Origin: Octopus vulgaris
Lineage: Eukaryota
Length of the DNA: 64,000 nt
Direction of reading: 5' to 3'
NCBI GenBank assembly: GCA_951406725.2
Contig: OX597817.1
Location: 53,940,001-54,004,000 of the forward strand
Shown here: in pieces, positions 39,237 through 54,246 of the stretch
Numbering within the stretch: the stretch's first letter is position 1
Layout of the letters: every line of letters begins with the position of its first letter
Program-made: the position numbers and the translations under genes
The notes under the pieces: generated by a model
Database searches by the model: none
Told to the model about the DNA's origin: nothing
What the model saw: only the letters and a program-made list of their open reading frames with translations

Positions 39237-39560
39237 GTATGAATGCATGTATGTATGTTTGTTTTATATTCTAGTGTTGAATAAATAATTTACGAAGCAA
39301 GGGTAACGAAAGTGTTCACACGACGCACTACGATTACCGTTACTTGAGGTTAAACACTCTCTGGCAACGGCTCACAGTGAACTGCTGACAGTTCTATACT
39401 TTATAGAAATGTGTCAGTCCACTTTGGTCACTCGGGAATGGTCGGAATTCTTCTGCAACAGTATGTATGTGTGTATCTATGTACGTACGTATGAAAGTAT
39501 GTATATGTATGCATATATGTATGTTCTCTCTCTCTCTTTCTCTCTCTTTGACTTCGTCAG

Positions 39561-39592
<32 letters not shown>

Positions 39593-39693
39593 GTTAATCC
39601 AAACATGAAAACACAAAGAGAAAACACAACAACGCGAGGATGTGGAACAAGAATAGTGTTATTGGACGCTCAGGAAAGAAGGAAAGAAGGAGG

Positions 39694-39728
39694 GTTTAAC
39701 GTTTCGAGCGGAGCTCTTCGTCAGAAAC
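39694..39728 (-). ncRNA. Minimal hammerhead, intact core, in ~200-bp repeat 39592-39800
   Basis: GUUU CUGACGA a GAGC ucc GCUC GAA ACGU U AAAC; 4-bp stem I, palindromic ACGU at stem III. Confidence 0.8.
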
Positions 39729-39816
39729 ATAGGAAAAGGAAAGATCCAAAGAAGGGAAGACGGAGGAAAAAAACCGCCAACGGTACACACGCAGTCACAT
39801 TATGTATGTATGTATG

Positions 39817-39847
<31 letters not shown>

Positions 39848-40534
39848 CGTTTTAGTGAAGCTGAAAAATTTCAGAAACTGTTTCTCCGAATTTCACCTTG
39901 TCCGATCATCAAACGGAAGTGAACATTTGGAAATCTGAAACGGTTTCAAATATTTATATTCTAGATATTATTCTACTTAGAATAAAATCTCTGTGGAATA
40001 ACAGCCGACCTATTATTAGCTTGCTGGAAACTGGTAGTGTTAAGCCTTGCCATAAACCTAATGAAAAACTGTTCTATATTGATAAAGATTCGAAATGCCT
40101 CCTAGATCTTTAAGAATACACACTATAGAAAGCGTATCTTTTCATTATCGGTCAATGAGGTGTCCTTTAATACGCGCTCTCCTTACTATAACGATGCTCT
40201 TAAGAATGGCAAGTTCCCAGAGAGATCCATTATGTGAGCACTGAAAATAATTTCAAACATCTCATAGAACTGGCGTCTGAAATGTTTTGCTTTTCAATTG
40301 AACATTCATATGGAATGTTAAAATTAATCTGTGAAATACTTAGAATAATTATCGAAGCGTTTTCTCAGGAGGCATAGGTGCCGACATAAGACGTCAATGG
40401 AGGTTTAAAAGCGTTACAAATTCCCATTGCCATTGCCAACGGGCGTAGCGTAATGGATCAAAGACGTTAATGACGTGCAGTTACTAAGCGGTTCTGAGTT
40501 CTATCCCAGGCAAGGCAGTAAAGTAAATTTAAAG

Positions 40535-40722
40535 TCCCCTGTGGGTAGTAAAGAAATAGGTATTTCATCTGTCTTTATGTTCTGAGTTCAAATTCCGCCG
40601 AGATCGAATTTTCCTTTCATCCTTTCGGGGCCGATAAATCAAGTACCAGTTGCGGACTGGGATCGATCTAATCGACTGCCCCCCTCCCCCAAAATTTCGG
40701 GCCTTGTGCCTAGAGTAGAAAA
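40535..40722 (+). mobile_element. SINE family A multimer remnant
   Basis: Tail followed by a GGTATTTC restart. Confidence 0.85.
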
Positions 40723-41589
40723 TGATATTGTTTTTAACCTTAGGTGAATCAATATTCACCAGATTTATGATTCAAATGTTTTGGGGCATACATCCACCAT
40801 CGTTTATTCAGACATATTTGTATCTAGGACTACATTATTCAATGCATCTTCTTTAAACAGTAAAAAAAGAAAAAAAAAACAGTATGAGGGTGAGTTGTCT
40901 CTTATTTCTTAGACGTTGCAGGCGACCACCCAGGGCTGGATGGTGATATTCCTTGATGGTCGTATTGCCGGATTAAATTCCTCTAGTTGAAACTTCGCTC
41001 CTTCGTGGGAGACTAATTGTTTAATTTTATTGGAGAGATTTAAGAATAAAGACAGAATCTGTTATAAATACATAAACATACACACAGATATATATCTGTG
41101 TATGTATGTATGTATATTGAATAAATTATTGGGATTGTATAAACAGGACAGACATTTACGACTTTCTGATGTGTCTAATAAATTGAATTCTTTTATAAGA
41201 GCAGTGACGACCAAAAATTAAAGAATTACCCCCAGGATTAAGTTTAGTTTGAAAAACATGCAATGCTGACACGTTAATAATTTACTTAACAAAATTAACA
41301 ACCAACAAACAATGGGTCACATACAAAGATCACTCCATCTGATTTTATTATATTCTGAGAACAATGGTTTTATATAATTTCACAGTGGTCAGTGAAACAC
41401 AATTAACTATGAAAATGTAATAGCATTTGAATCTTTCTCTGTCCACAGTAAGATTGAATAAATACGACAGCTGTTTATGACTAAATTTAATTAAGTGATA
41501 ATTAGTGACGACTGAAATCTATAGCTCTACTTTATTGTAAAGTTTAGTGAACTCATGCACCTAGCTACATGCACACATACGAACATCCT

Positions 41590-41818
41590 TACCTACCTAC
41601 CTACCTACCTACATACCTACCTACCTACCTACCTACCTACCTACCTACCTACCTACCTACCTACCTACCTACTTACCTATCTACCTACCAGCCTACCTAC
41701 CTACCTACCTACCTACCTACCTACCCACATACATACATACATACATACCTACATACATACATACATACATACATACATACATACATACATACATACATAC
41801 ATACACATATACATACAT
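41590..41818. repeat. (CCTA)n grading into (CATA)n
   Basis: Direct. Confidence 0.95.
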
Positions 41819-41861
41819 GCTTGCATACTGGTAGACAGGCAGACAAGAAGACACCTATGCC

Positions 41862-42097
41862 AAGGCGGCGAGCTGGCAGAACCGTTAGCATGCCGAGCGA
41901 AATGCTTAGCGGTATTTCGTCTGCCGCAACGTTCTGAGTTCAAATTCCGCCGAGGTCGACTTTGCCTTTCCTCCATTTGGGGTCGATAAATTAAGTACCA
42001 GTTACGTACTGGGGTCGATGTAATCGACTTGATTCCTTTGTCTGTCCTTGTTTGTCCCCTCTATGTTTAGTCCCTTTTGGGCAATAAAGAAATAAGA
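41862..42097 (+). mobile_element. SINE family A with TSD
   Basis: aagaagacacctat on both flanks. Confidence 0.92.
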
Positions 42098-42536
42098 AGA
42101 CACCTATACAATGTGATCCGAAAAATACAGGAGAAGGAAAACGAATTTGTAAATCCAGTGCCCAGGATACACTTTCAGTCTCATACCCACGATTATTGCA
42201 AGAACAGGATACGTACCAACTTGCGTTGGAACAAAGCATGGTTGCATTTTAGTTCCTGGGGAGTAAATGCAACTCTCTACTTCATACGTTACAACTATGT
42301 CGAACTATTTTGGGCGTGGCTTGACCTACCGTACCACACACACACACACACATACACACACACACACACACACACATACACACACACACACACACACGCA
42401 CACACACACACAATGTGTATGTAACTGAGCTTCCGTAATCTGTCAATCAAAATTGACTCCCAAGTGATTCGTGTAAAAAGGCTGCTGTTAAATGAATGCC
42501 AGTGCATGCCGGTGAATGTGTGAAGTAATGCAGAAA

Positions 42537-42820
42537 TGAAGAAGAAGAAGAAGAAGAAGAAGAAGAAGAAGAAGAAGAAGAAGAAGAAGAGCAAGAAGAA
42601 GAAGAGGAGGAGGAAAAAGCAGAAGTGGAAGAAGAAGAAGAAGAAGAAGAAGAAGAAGAAGAAGAAGAAGAAGAAGAAGAAGAAGAAGAAGAAGAAGAGC
42701 AAGAAGAAGAAGAAGAGGAGGAGGAAAAAGCAGAAGTGGAAGAAGAAGAAGAAAAGGAAGAAGAAGAAGAAGAAGAAGAAGAAGAAGAAGAAGAAGAAGA
42801 AGAAGAAGAAGAAGAAGAAG
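42537..42820. repeat. (GAA)n array with duplicated interruption block
   Basis: GAGGAGGAGGAAAAAGCAGAAGTG occurs twice about 111 bp apart. Confidence 0.95.
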
Positions 42821-42890
42821 GGGCGCCGGACGACAGGGAAATAAAGAGAGAGAGAGAGGCAAGAAGAGACAGAGGGACACAGAATTAAAG

Positions 42891-42941
<51 letters not shown>

Positions 42942-43626
42942 AGATTGAGAGAAAGTGATACAATTATTATTAAGACGAATGATGAATGAAATATGAGAAA
43001 TATAAAGAGACAAAGGATTGAATATTGGAAATGGAAGCGACAGCCGAGACATTTTGTGGCACAGAGCGATCGTTGTGGAAGAATTATTTTTAGCCGATAA
43101 CATCGACAACAATTATTATTAATAAGACCATTTATCATCGATGTTCTGTTTATCGTCACGGCATTGACAATACTAATAAGTCAATTGAGACGTTGACATG
43201 CCTCTCTGTGTTTTCTTTATATTGCTCTACATGAACAATAAATGGTTTATTTACCCCTATGGGACCCAAATGCAGTTAAATGAAGAGGTTTTGCAGAATC
43301 TAATTAATGCCTGTTAGTGTCTGTATTGTGCAACAAGCGAATACTAAAGGCTCAGTTTTCGGCGACGCGATATATGCTCATAATAATGGTAAAAGCGGGT
43401 GCAGGTATATATGGCCGGAAGCAGGGCCCTTAAGGAAAAAAAAAAAATGTTATCTGAGAGTATTAGGTTTCTACCGGGCGTCCTTCAAAATGGGAATGTT
43501 AGTCCTTAGAGAACCAGGCACGATATACTTTTGCGATACCTCTCATAGACTCTGGCCGTGTCGATTGGCAATGGTAAATATCCTGATAACCTGGAATAAT
43601 TATTATTCCCTAAGGTTTTTTTATAA

Positions 43627-43677
<51 letters not shown>

Positions 43678-43817
43678 CATACATGTATATGTATATACAC
43701 ACACGCATATATATATATATATATACACACATACATGTATATGTATATACATACATACATATGTATATACATATATATGCATATATATATATATATATAT
43801 ATGTATATGTATATATG

Positions 43818-43923
<106 letters not shown>

Positions 43924-43964
43924 CATGTATGTATGTATGTATGCGTGCATGCATGTATGTATAT

Positions 43965-44183
43965 GTTTGTGTGTTTGCATTTGCCCCCCCCAACACACAC
44001 ACACGCTATCACTTGACAACCGATCTTGGTGTGTTTACGTCCCCGTAACTTGGCAGTTCGGCAAAAATTGGCCGATAATATAAGTACTGGGCTTACAAAG
44101 AATAATTTCTGGGTTCGATTTGTTCGACTAGAATGCGGTGCTCCAGCATAGCCGCAGTCAAATGACTGAAACAAGTAAAAGAA
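43965..44183 (+). mobile_element. SINE family B 3' half
   Basis: Homology. Confidence 0.85.
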
Positions 44184-44949
44184 TATATATGTGTATGTAT
44201 GTGAGAGAGGATATCCCAGTGTTGTCTACATCTTGCGTGACAACTGGCGTGCAGCTTCGAAGTTCCAATTTCCTTGGGTGTCTTCTACGAGAATTTCGGT
44301 AAATCTTCACGTGTTGTAATTGAAATTGAATAAACGGAAACTATGTAGAAGCCTATAAAATTCCCTGTACTTATTCCCAAGTTGTAGACTTAGTCTGTTA
44401 CTCAGTTTAACATCACGTAGCCTTCATGTATCTTCGATGGATCCCATTGTTCCACCAAGTGGCCCTTGCGTGCCTTTAGATCCAACTCTGTTCCACTAAA
44501 AGCTCTTGACTCGCTTTTGTGGAGCCCACATTGTTCCGGGTATTATAAAAGGCACGCAGTCTGAAGGTAAATTAATCCATTAGCCCTTACCACGGTAATC
44601 CTTGTGTCGTCGTGTCTTCCGTCCTTTCTGCCCGGTTCAAAAGCTCAACAAGATGGTTATGAAGATCATGGAGCTATTCTCTTCTTTTCACTAAGCCTTA
44701 AAGGAAACTAGATGAAAAAGGCCGTTACATGACCGACACTTATATCGCTCGAGGGGTTTTCTGTATGTACTAAATATCTCTTCGTCCATAGTGATACACT
44801 TTTCTTTAACTTATTTTCCATTCTTGCTTCAAGTGGAATAAAGATAAACAAGGACCCAAAAGTATGGCTACAAAAGACTGGAGGTCAATAGCAACTCTAT
44901 AAAAACTTGTGGTCAAGGAAATCTGATAAGAAAGTATATAAGGAGCGGT

Positions 44950-46050
44950 CTTTCAAGTGACCGCTTTGTTATGCTTCTAGTATACATTCAGGGTTTAGCC
45001 TGTTAGCCATATTTCAGGCACCAGGTGTTCAATTTTAGTTTCTGCTTGACCTAGTATTACAGCGCAGTCAAAGAGATGAGCGGCGGAAGGACATATCGTA
45101 TGAACATATGTGTAGCGTATCTGATATCTTCACTGTTATCTTCACTGTTTGAGAGACACAATAAGAATGATCTCGTTTGAAATTACAACCATCTTTGGCT
45201 AGTTTGACCCTGTTGCAGGTGTACATTATCGTCGTCGTAGCTGAAGCAGGAACATGACTGGCAGGCTGGACGTCTGTCGCTGGAACTGGAACATGGCTGA
45301 GTAGCTCTGTGGTCAGTGACTATACCTTAGACGCTAATGTACACCTGCAACAGGGTCAAACTAGCCAAAGATGGTTGTAATCTCAAACAAGGTCATTCTT
45401 ATTGTGTTTCTCAAACAGTGAGGATATCAGATACGCTACATATGTTTAATGCACCCCTTCGTCCAAGAATCCCTGCTGTTTTAAGATTTAGTGTATGTTT
45501 GTGTATCATCAACCATAGTATCCCGAGATTCTTCTGGATTAGGCGTTGGAAGCAGATGGACCACCAAACTAAAGGAACCTATCTCTTTTACTAGAAACGA
45601 AAGAGTGTAACCCCTACTCCAATCTGGTGAGTTATTTTCTTGGACAAAGCAAAATCAGGCGGTAATCCCTTACCGAAGCGAGGGAGATGTTAACCACTAA
45701 CACCTCTCCTTTAGGAGCATCCCCATCTCAGCCCAATTCTGTATGAGATTGGTCATCCTGGTTGTCACTTCTCAGTTTTATCCTCCAGAAAGTCTAATTC
45801 GAACCAGACACCAAATGCCTTAACTTCGGTCTGGTGAGAGAAGTCGCTACCCCGCATGGGCTGGTCTCCCCGGGTGCCGTATTGTATTACCACTGATTTG
45901 TTGTGGTTATTCTCTCTCCCGATATCTCCTGATATTCCTCTAGAACATTACAGACCACATCGATTTCCGATATTTCCAACACGTCGTCTGCATAAACGTC
46001 TGCATAAACTGATACGACTTTCTGTGTTTCAAGAGACAAAATTCTTTCGA
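44950..46050 (-). mobile_element. Decayed L1/Tx1-clade ORF2 fragment
   Basis: YADD motif (SVYADVYADDV), then VKAFGVWF, VPLVWWSICFQR...LGILWLM, continuing beyond the inserted inverted repeat (LPPLISLTAL). Confidence 0.7.
45103..45446. mobile_element. Fold-back / MITE-like inverted repeat
   Basis: Arms 45103-45233 and 45330-45446 are reverse complements with few mismatches and one ~11-bp local duplication. Confidence 0.85.
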
Positions 46051-46212
46051 TATAATTATGTCTCATTGATAGATTACGTGTAATATTCATGTCTGAAAAT
46101 TTAGGTCAGTAGAATATGGGAATTCAAAACAACAACAGTCTCTAAAATATTAGGCAGCTTAGAGATGCAGATAAATAATTACCCAAACGCCAAGATTTAG
46201 CATTACATATAT

Positions 46213-46632
46213 ATTTCTTTACTACCCACAAGGGGGTAAACATAGAGGGGACAAACAAGGACAGACAAGCGGATTAAGTCGATTACATCGATCCCCAGTG
46301 CGAAACTGGTACTTTATTTTTTGACCCCGAAAGGATGAAAGGCAAAGTCGACCTCGGCGGAATTTGAACTCAGAACGTAACGACAGACGAAATACCTATT
46401 TTTTTTACTACCCACAAGGGGCTAAACGTAGAGAGGACAAACAAGGACAGACAAACGGATTAAGTCGATTACATCGACCCGAGTGCGAAACTGGTACTTT
46501 ATATATCGACCCCGAAAGGAGGAAGGGCAAAGTCAACCTCGGCGGAATTTGAACTTAAAACGAAATACCGGCAGACGAAATACTGCTAAGCATTTCGCCC
46601 GGCGTGCTAACGACTCTGCCAGCTCTCCACCT
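46213..46632 (-). mobile_element. SINE family A dimer
   Basis: Two units. Confidence 0.9.
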
Positions 46633-46699
46633 CCGGAAGGTCTAGTATGGAACCAATACTTAATACAAATAACTTTAAGAACCAAATCCGTAAGTAAGT

Positions 46700-47135
46700 G
46701 GTTGCTATCAAGTGCAGACTATGGCAAGATGTACAGTGGCCATTTGTACAATCAGCAAATTGGCCATATCATTTCCGGCTGTCGAGTTCTTCCAAATTCC
46801 AAACAAATTCACAAATACGGCAGCAATGATTACTGGCTGATAAACCAACACTTCATCATGAAAATGGTAAGCATGAACCAAACGTTGTTTATGATAATGA
46901 CGTGCTAGAATCATCCAGAACTGCCAAGGCGAACAAATCAAATCGTCCAGGTGTAATTGTGAGGGACAGGAACTCGAATCTCTGTTCTTTGACACATGCA
47001 CACACCTCAATGCCTTCTGACGAAAATATCGTCTTGCAGAAGGTTGAGGAACTGTCTAGCTAAGAGTATTGGAATTCTATCAACCGTGGAGTTTTGAAAC
47101 AGGAAACAGTAAAAGCAATGATTAGAATTCTTGAT
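46700..47135 (+). mobile_element. Highly decayed R4/Dong-type fragment
   Basis: HIISGC knuckle remnant, NRPGVIVRD, SMPSDENIVLQKVEELS. Confidence 0.55.
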
Positions 47136-47139
47136 ATAC

Positions 47140-47396
47140 TTTTTTACTCTCTTTTACTTGTTTCAGTCATGTGACTGCGGCCATGCTGGAGCACCGCCTT
47201 TAGTCGAGCACATCGACCCCAGAACTTATTCTTTGTAAGCCTAGTACTTTATTCTATCGGTCTCTGTTGCCGAACCGCTAAGTTACGGGGACGTAAACAC
47301 ACCAGCATCGGTTGTCAAGCGATGTTGGGGGACAAACACAGACGCACAAACATATACACACACATACATACATACATACATACATACATACATACA

Positions 47397-47485
<89 letters not shown>

Positions 47486-47762
47486 AGAATTCACAAAAAA
47501 AAACAAACAAAAGACGAAGATAGGTGGTGCACAAAACAAACAGATGTTTTAGTATAACGCTCAGGAATTGAAAAAGTCTTTTACGTTTCGAGCCTACGCT
47601 CTTCTACAGAAAGGGACACAGAAAAAAACAAGGAGAGAAAAAAAATGTGTGTAGTGGCTATCGATCTATCATACACATATATACGACGGGCTTCTTTCAG
47701 TTTCCGTCTACCAAATCCACTCACAAGGCTTTGGTCAGCCCGAGACACTTGCCCAAGGTGCC
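47140..47762 (-). mobile_element. SINE family B carrying an HHR repeat (47483-47670) in its microsatellite
   Basis: The two B halves flank the insert. Confidence 0.85.
47578..47613 (-). ncRNA. Minimal hammerhead-like motif, A6U variant
   Basis: cttt CTGTAGA a GAGC gtag GCTC GAA ACGT A aaag. Confidence 0.65.
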
Positions 47763-48114
47763 AAAAACCATGAATAGAATAAGCCATTCTGGGATTTACA
47801 GATCAACACAGTTTTAAAAGATCCTGTTAGGTACAGTCCACTGTTAGGTAAGACAGATTCGTTCAAAAGTACAGCTTGCAAAATACACTCACCGAACAAT
47901 AGTCATTACATACATTCCATGCAGTCGTCACTCAATAAAATAACAGCTCAACCGGTGTTGGTGGGTTTCCGTCCCCGTAAAAGCTCTTCCTGAAAACAGT
48001 CATCACCAAATAAATATAATAAACTCACAACACATGTTCTACACAATCACGAGCCAATGATATAACATAACACAAACGATACAGATATGATAGTGTCCCA
48101 AGCCAATGATATAT

Positions 48115-48432
48115 GGCACTCCGTCGGTTACGACGGCGACTGCTCCAGTTGATCCGACCAATAGAACAGCCTGCTCGGGAAATTAATGTACAAGTGGCTG
48201 AGTATTCCACAGATACACTCGACCTTAATGTAGGTCTCAGGCAGATTCAGCGTGACACGGAATGTGACATGGCCACCCCTTTGAAATACAGGTACAATTC
48301 ATTTTTACTAGCTGAGTGGACTAGAGCAATGTGAAATAAAGTGTCTTGCGCAAGGACACAACAAGTCGCCGGGTATCGATCTCGCGACCCTTCGATCGCG
48401 AGCCGAATATCCTAACCACTAAGCCACCCGTC
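48115..48432 (-). mobile_element. SINE family C variant
   Basis: Homology to 38005-38325. Confidence 0.82.
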
Positions 48433-48467
48433 TTCAGCCAATGATAGTACACATATATACACACAAC

Positions 48468-48513
<46 letters not shown>

Positions 48514-48720
48514 GACATACACACTCAGACACTTACACTTACACTTATACATGCACACAACGCACACACACATAACGCATATACACACACATACACAAAA
48601 GGCACACACATACATACAATGCATACACACACATACACACACTGCACACACAATGCACGCGCAATACACATAGCGCATACACACACATACTCAAGGCAAA
48701 CACACATACACACACACGCA

Positions 48721-49080
48721 CACGAGCAGGGGTTGGGGGAGCATCATACCGTGTGTTGAGAGGAATTCTTTGGGGTTTGAATACTTCACTTATGGAAACA
48801 TGGGTGTTTTGTTCATCATCCTTAAACAAACCTTATTCAGGGACCTTTGGAGCGGGATGGGACCTGAAGAAAATTCTAATTGGGCCCCACATGCTAGGTA
48901 ATGCGCTGTTTATCTTGATATAAGATCACCATGTCGCGCACATGTGGTTGTGATGCGCACCATATCGCACACATTATGGCTGGTGTACCCTTATCAGACG
49001 GGTAGTCATGGAGGGTATATAGGGCTTCGTATAATTTTGTACCCCAGTGTCACATTGATGGCATTCACTGCTCTCTTACT

Positions 49081-49083
<3 letters not shown>
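48721..49083 (+). mobile_element. Family E, 5'-truncated, (AAT)n tail
   Basis: Homology. Confidence 0.85.
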
Positions 49084-49177
<94 letters not shown>

Positions 49178-49198
49178 AATAATAATTGTTATCCTGTA

Positions 49199-49684
49199 CG
49201 TTGTTTTGTCTTGGTATAAAAGATGGGCTACAGCAAATATTCTGCTCAATACCACAGATTTGCTTGTCAGTTGTTTGACCATAACCAGTTGACCATGTCT
49301 CTTTGTGGCTGACGATATGTGCATCTCTGACCACATGCAGAAGTAGTGGGGGAGCATCTTAGCCATGTGTTGAGAGGGATTCTTTGGGGTTTAGATAAGT
49401 CACCTTTGAAAAACATGGGTGATTCGTTCAACATCCTTAAACAACCCTTATTCAGGGACCTTTTGAACGGGATGGTTTACATGACCTGAAGAAAATTCTA
49501 ACTAGGCCCCACCTGGAAGGTCATGTGCTGTTTATCTTGATATGAGATCACCATGTCGCGCACATATGGTTATGATTCATGTGCCTAGTGAACCCTTATC
49601 AGACGGGTAGTCATGATGGGTAGACTGGGCTTCGTATTGTTGTACCCCAGTGTCACTTTGGTGGCATGCATTGCTCTCTCACTC

Positions 49685-49685
<1 letters not shown>
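49199..49685 (+). mobile_element. Family E, full, (AAT)n tail
   Basis: Homology to 30050-30533. Confidence 0.88.
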
Positions 49686-49765
<80 letters not shown>

Positions 49766-50498
49766 AAGAAGAAGAAGAAATATGAACTCACTGGACACCA
49801 GCCAATTACTTCACTACTTCTGTGGAGAAGGTAGTCCTAAATATATTACATCTGAACATTAGATGGAATGGTCGCGGTTGGAACACATTTGATGGTAGTT
49901 CTGCTGTATCAGAACTGAGCTGGGCGCTAAACAACAGCAACAACAGCAGCAATAGTTGCTACACAGTTCCACATACGCCTTGCCCATTGATGCAAAATTA
50001 TTTCCCCAAAAGTCTGTCCTTTGAAAACATTTGTCATAATGTAAATTTTATAACCAGATTTCGCGTTACACCGGACTATAAGCATTGCTCACTCTCAAAC
50101 CGGAAGTCACGTGATGTATCTGTTGGCTGGCTACCGTCCCTATCATGGCCATCTCTACAATTCGTGACAACATTTGCCGTTAATCTCAATATCATAAGCT
50201 TATTATATACGTTTATGTACACACACGCACAGGTACGTGCGAATGTCCTCTTCGAGACACACTCACTTTCCATTTGTCTCTGTGTGTATGTGCATATTGG
50301 TAGATGTATGTATGTATGTATGTATGTATGTATGTATGTATGTATGTATGTATGTATGTATGTATGTATGTATGTATGTATGTATGCATGCATGCATGCG
50401 TGTATATGCGTATGCATAAATATGTGAGCGTGAGGGAAAATACATATACATATACACACATACTTATTTATACATGCATACATACATACATACATACA

Positions 50499-50533
<35 letters not shown>

Positions 50534-50562
50534 TTATATCTTTCTGTCTGTACTTATTAATT

Positions 50563-51058
<496 letters not shown>

Positions 51059-51993
51059 GTTTACTCTGGTAAAGTTTAAAAGTGGTCATTTTACAAATCA
51101 ATTATACTCGTTTTTATTGGCAAAACCCCGTTTTCTCACACAATAAAGAAACTATTGGATTGACTAGCGCTTACTCCCAAATACTCTTCAATACCCTCTA
51201 ATATAGGAACTTTGACGAAGTCAGTAGTTCCTTCTGTTTGATAACTTGGCCCTTTTGCAGAGGCCCTTGACTGTTGTTGTTGTCAATGACATCAGCTTCA
51301 TCGTCGATGTTATTTATGCTCTTAACCCGTCTTATCGAGTGGACCCTTGATGAAAAGCTTTTCAGCCTTAAAAAAATAAACAACACTGCACAAAGTAGTC
51401 CTGAACTTAACGGTTCATCAAAAGGATTCCGATAGAATGAGTATCAAGCTTTAAAAAGTCCTGGGGTTGATCTGTTCGACTGAAACCCTTCAAGGCGGTG
51501 CCCCAGCATGGCCGCAGTCAAATGACTAAAACCAGTAAAAGATGAAAGATAAAAGATATCTGTTTATCTGCCAGTGAAAATGTCTGCAGTTCTACTTGAG
51601 TTTTACTGTGTCATGCTCTACGTTCAATCACCGACGTGTGTTCTTTGTTCTCGCAAGAAATCTACCAAGGTTGAATGGTTTGCTACCAGTACGATATGAC
51701 ATCTGTAGACTGATACACACATAATATCTGGATCATATGTATATCATACAATATCACGTATTACATCGTGATTTGATGTATATCATGTAATATCAAATAC
51801 CATGTAGCGGTCATATGTGTATCATTCTCCCACACGAACTTTTTTGTACCTGCTTCACTCACTTTTATCAAGGTTAGTGTAACAATCCATCTAGAACTTT
51901 AGCTGAACATGCTATCCTGCGATTCAAAGAGCCTTTCCTTCAGACGACACGCTACCGCCTCGGAAAAGAAGTCACATTGGATAATACCACCAC

Positions 51994-52490
51994 AGCAACG
52001 GCTTGTATAGAGACGACGGACGGGTAGTTTCAAGTTATAGGAGCAGTCATGATATGGATAAATTTAAGGAGAAACAAATAAGAATCTTCAAGGGTTTGAC
52101 TTGAATAAGATTATCTCTACCGACCGAACCGCCGTCATCTTACTTTAAAATTGAAGACTGGCGGGTACTAACTATTACTTTACAAAGCCTAACGAAGAAG
52201 TCGTATTTATTTATAGGAATTCCAGTCTCCCGTATCTCTTCAGATAGAATTATCTTTGACAGAGTTGCACCCACTATAACGAGACGTCAGTAAGGAGTGG
52301 TGCTAGCGAGTACTTGTGTACATCTTAAATACCCTACTCACAGTCTCGAAGAGAGTTAGAAAGAAGAAAGTAAGCTGGTTCAATCCTCCGCTCAACCTAG
52401 ATGTCTGCACAATCGTCACCAGGAACTTTTTATCCTTAATTAGGCACCACTTTCCAAGTACGCACGGTTAAAATAAGATGTTTAAACGTG
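51994..52490 (+). mobile_element. Decayed Penelope-like element RT and linker
   Basis: GLYRDDG catalytic motif, FTKPNEE, and RKKKVSWFNPPLN...NFLSLIRHHFP...KMFKR typical of PLE ORFs. Confidence 0.85.
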
Positions 52491-53116
52491 CTGAATCGGA
52501 AGGAACTTTGGTACGATTGACAAGAATAGATCCTCTTGATTTCGATTGTAACTGCAGTGAAATTAAACATTTCATAAAAATTATAGAATGGTATTAACAA
52601 CGAATAGCTTCAAAAGATTTGAAAACAGAGAGTTCCGTTGATAGCAGTAAAATGACAGTTCAGTGCTATTAAAGAATACAGTGAGCTACTGCAATATGTG
52701 CTATTTCTTGTGGAAAGTTACTCGCCCCTGTTGAATAGGAGGGGCCTTGTCGATGATGTTCTCTGTTACAGGTGGGACATTTTTGCTGTTCCATTTTAAG
52801 TATCCCGAAAGGATTATTAACTACGAAATATAAACAAAAAAATCAGGACACAGGTGCAAAATATGTGAAATATACTGTTGAATAATTGTTAGACAGGTGA
52901 AAATGATGATTTTATCAACCACGGCGTTTTAATGATCTATTCCTGCTTAATTCAACACGTGGTAAAACGTACTATCATCATTATTGCATTCTGAAGATGA
53001 GGCCGTGGTTCGTATTTTCAGAATAACGTATGAAAGAAAAGCTGTTCATTATATGCATACACACACACCCAAGACACGCGTGCGCGCACGCACACACACA
53101 CACACACACACACATT

Positions 53117-53157
<41 letters not shown>

Positions 53158-53314
53158 CGAGGCTTTTATTTCGAAAGTGCTCAATATATAAGTCAAATAA
53201 ATTAAATCAGTTGGGGCTACGGCAGCGTCTGCTTGATAAATGGAACGGAAATCGTAGAATCTCGAATATACAATATACAGAATATGTATGTATGTATATA
53301 TGTATGCAATTATG

Positions 53315-53345
<31 letters not shown>

Positions 53346-53448
53346 GTATGCGGATGTATGTATGTGTGTGTGTACGTACGTATGTGTATGTATGTATGAA
53401 TGTGTGTGTGTATGTATATATTTGTATGTATGTATGTATGTATGTATG

Positions 53449-53479
<31 letters not shown>

Positions 53480-53587
53480 GTATGTGGATGTATGTATGTG
53501 GATGTATGCATGTGTGTTTCTCTTCTGTTTATAATTATTTAAATTCTTCCTTTAAGGAAGGAGCTGGTTTCTAACAAGGATATACAC

Positions 53588-53618
<31 letters not shown>

Positions 53619-53965
53619 TGTATGTATGTATGTATGTATGTATGTATGTATGTATGTATGTATGTATGTGTGTATGTATGTATGCATGTGCGTGTGTGTG
53701 CATGTATGTGTATGTGTGTGTGTGTATGTGTGTGCGTGTGTGTGTGTGTAAGTTAGTCTATCACCACATACCTAAATACATGCAAAGTCTGATGGAACGA
53801 TGTGACACAGCCTTGAAATGCACAAATTTGCGACTAAGCGCTCGCTAATTCCCACACATAATTTGCTCATCATCATCGCCGTCGCTATCAACACCACCAC
53901 CATCACTAGCATCATCATCATCACCATCATCACCCGATCTCTCAAGATTAGCTGTAGCAGCAGCA

Positions 53966-54017
<52 letters not shown>

Positions 54018-54207
54018 TACAGTTTCATCATTGCATATTAGATATTGGGCAGAGTGTTGCTCTCCTGTTGAGGTCGGCCTCACTGTGTTGACCTTTCAAA
54101 TGTCACTCAACAAAATGAATGGAAAAATAAAATACACAAATTTAACAAATCTCATCCGTAAAATAACAAAACAAAATAACATATATAACATAAATAATAA
54201 TAATAAT

Positions 54208-54246
<39 letters not shown>

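Noticed and set aside
42488-43159. Poly-Lys/Glu/Leu/Phe ORFs
   Set aside because: All are frames of the (GAA)n and (GA)n arrays
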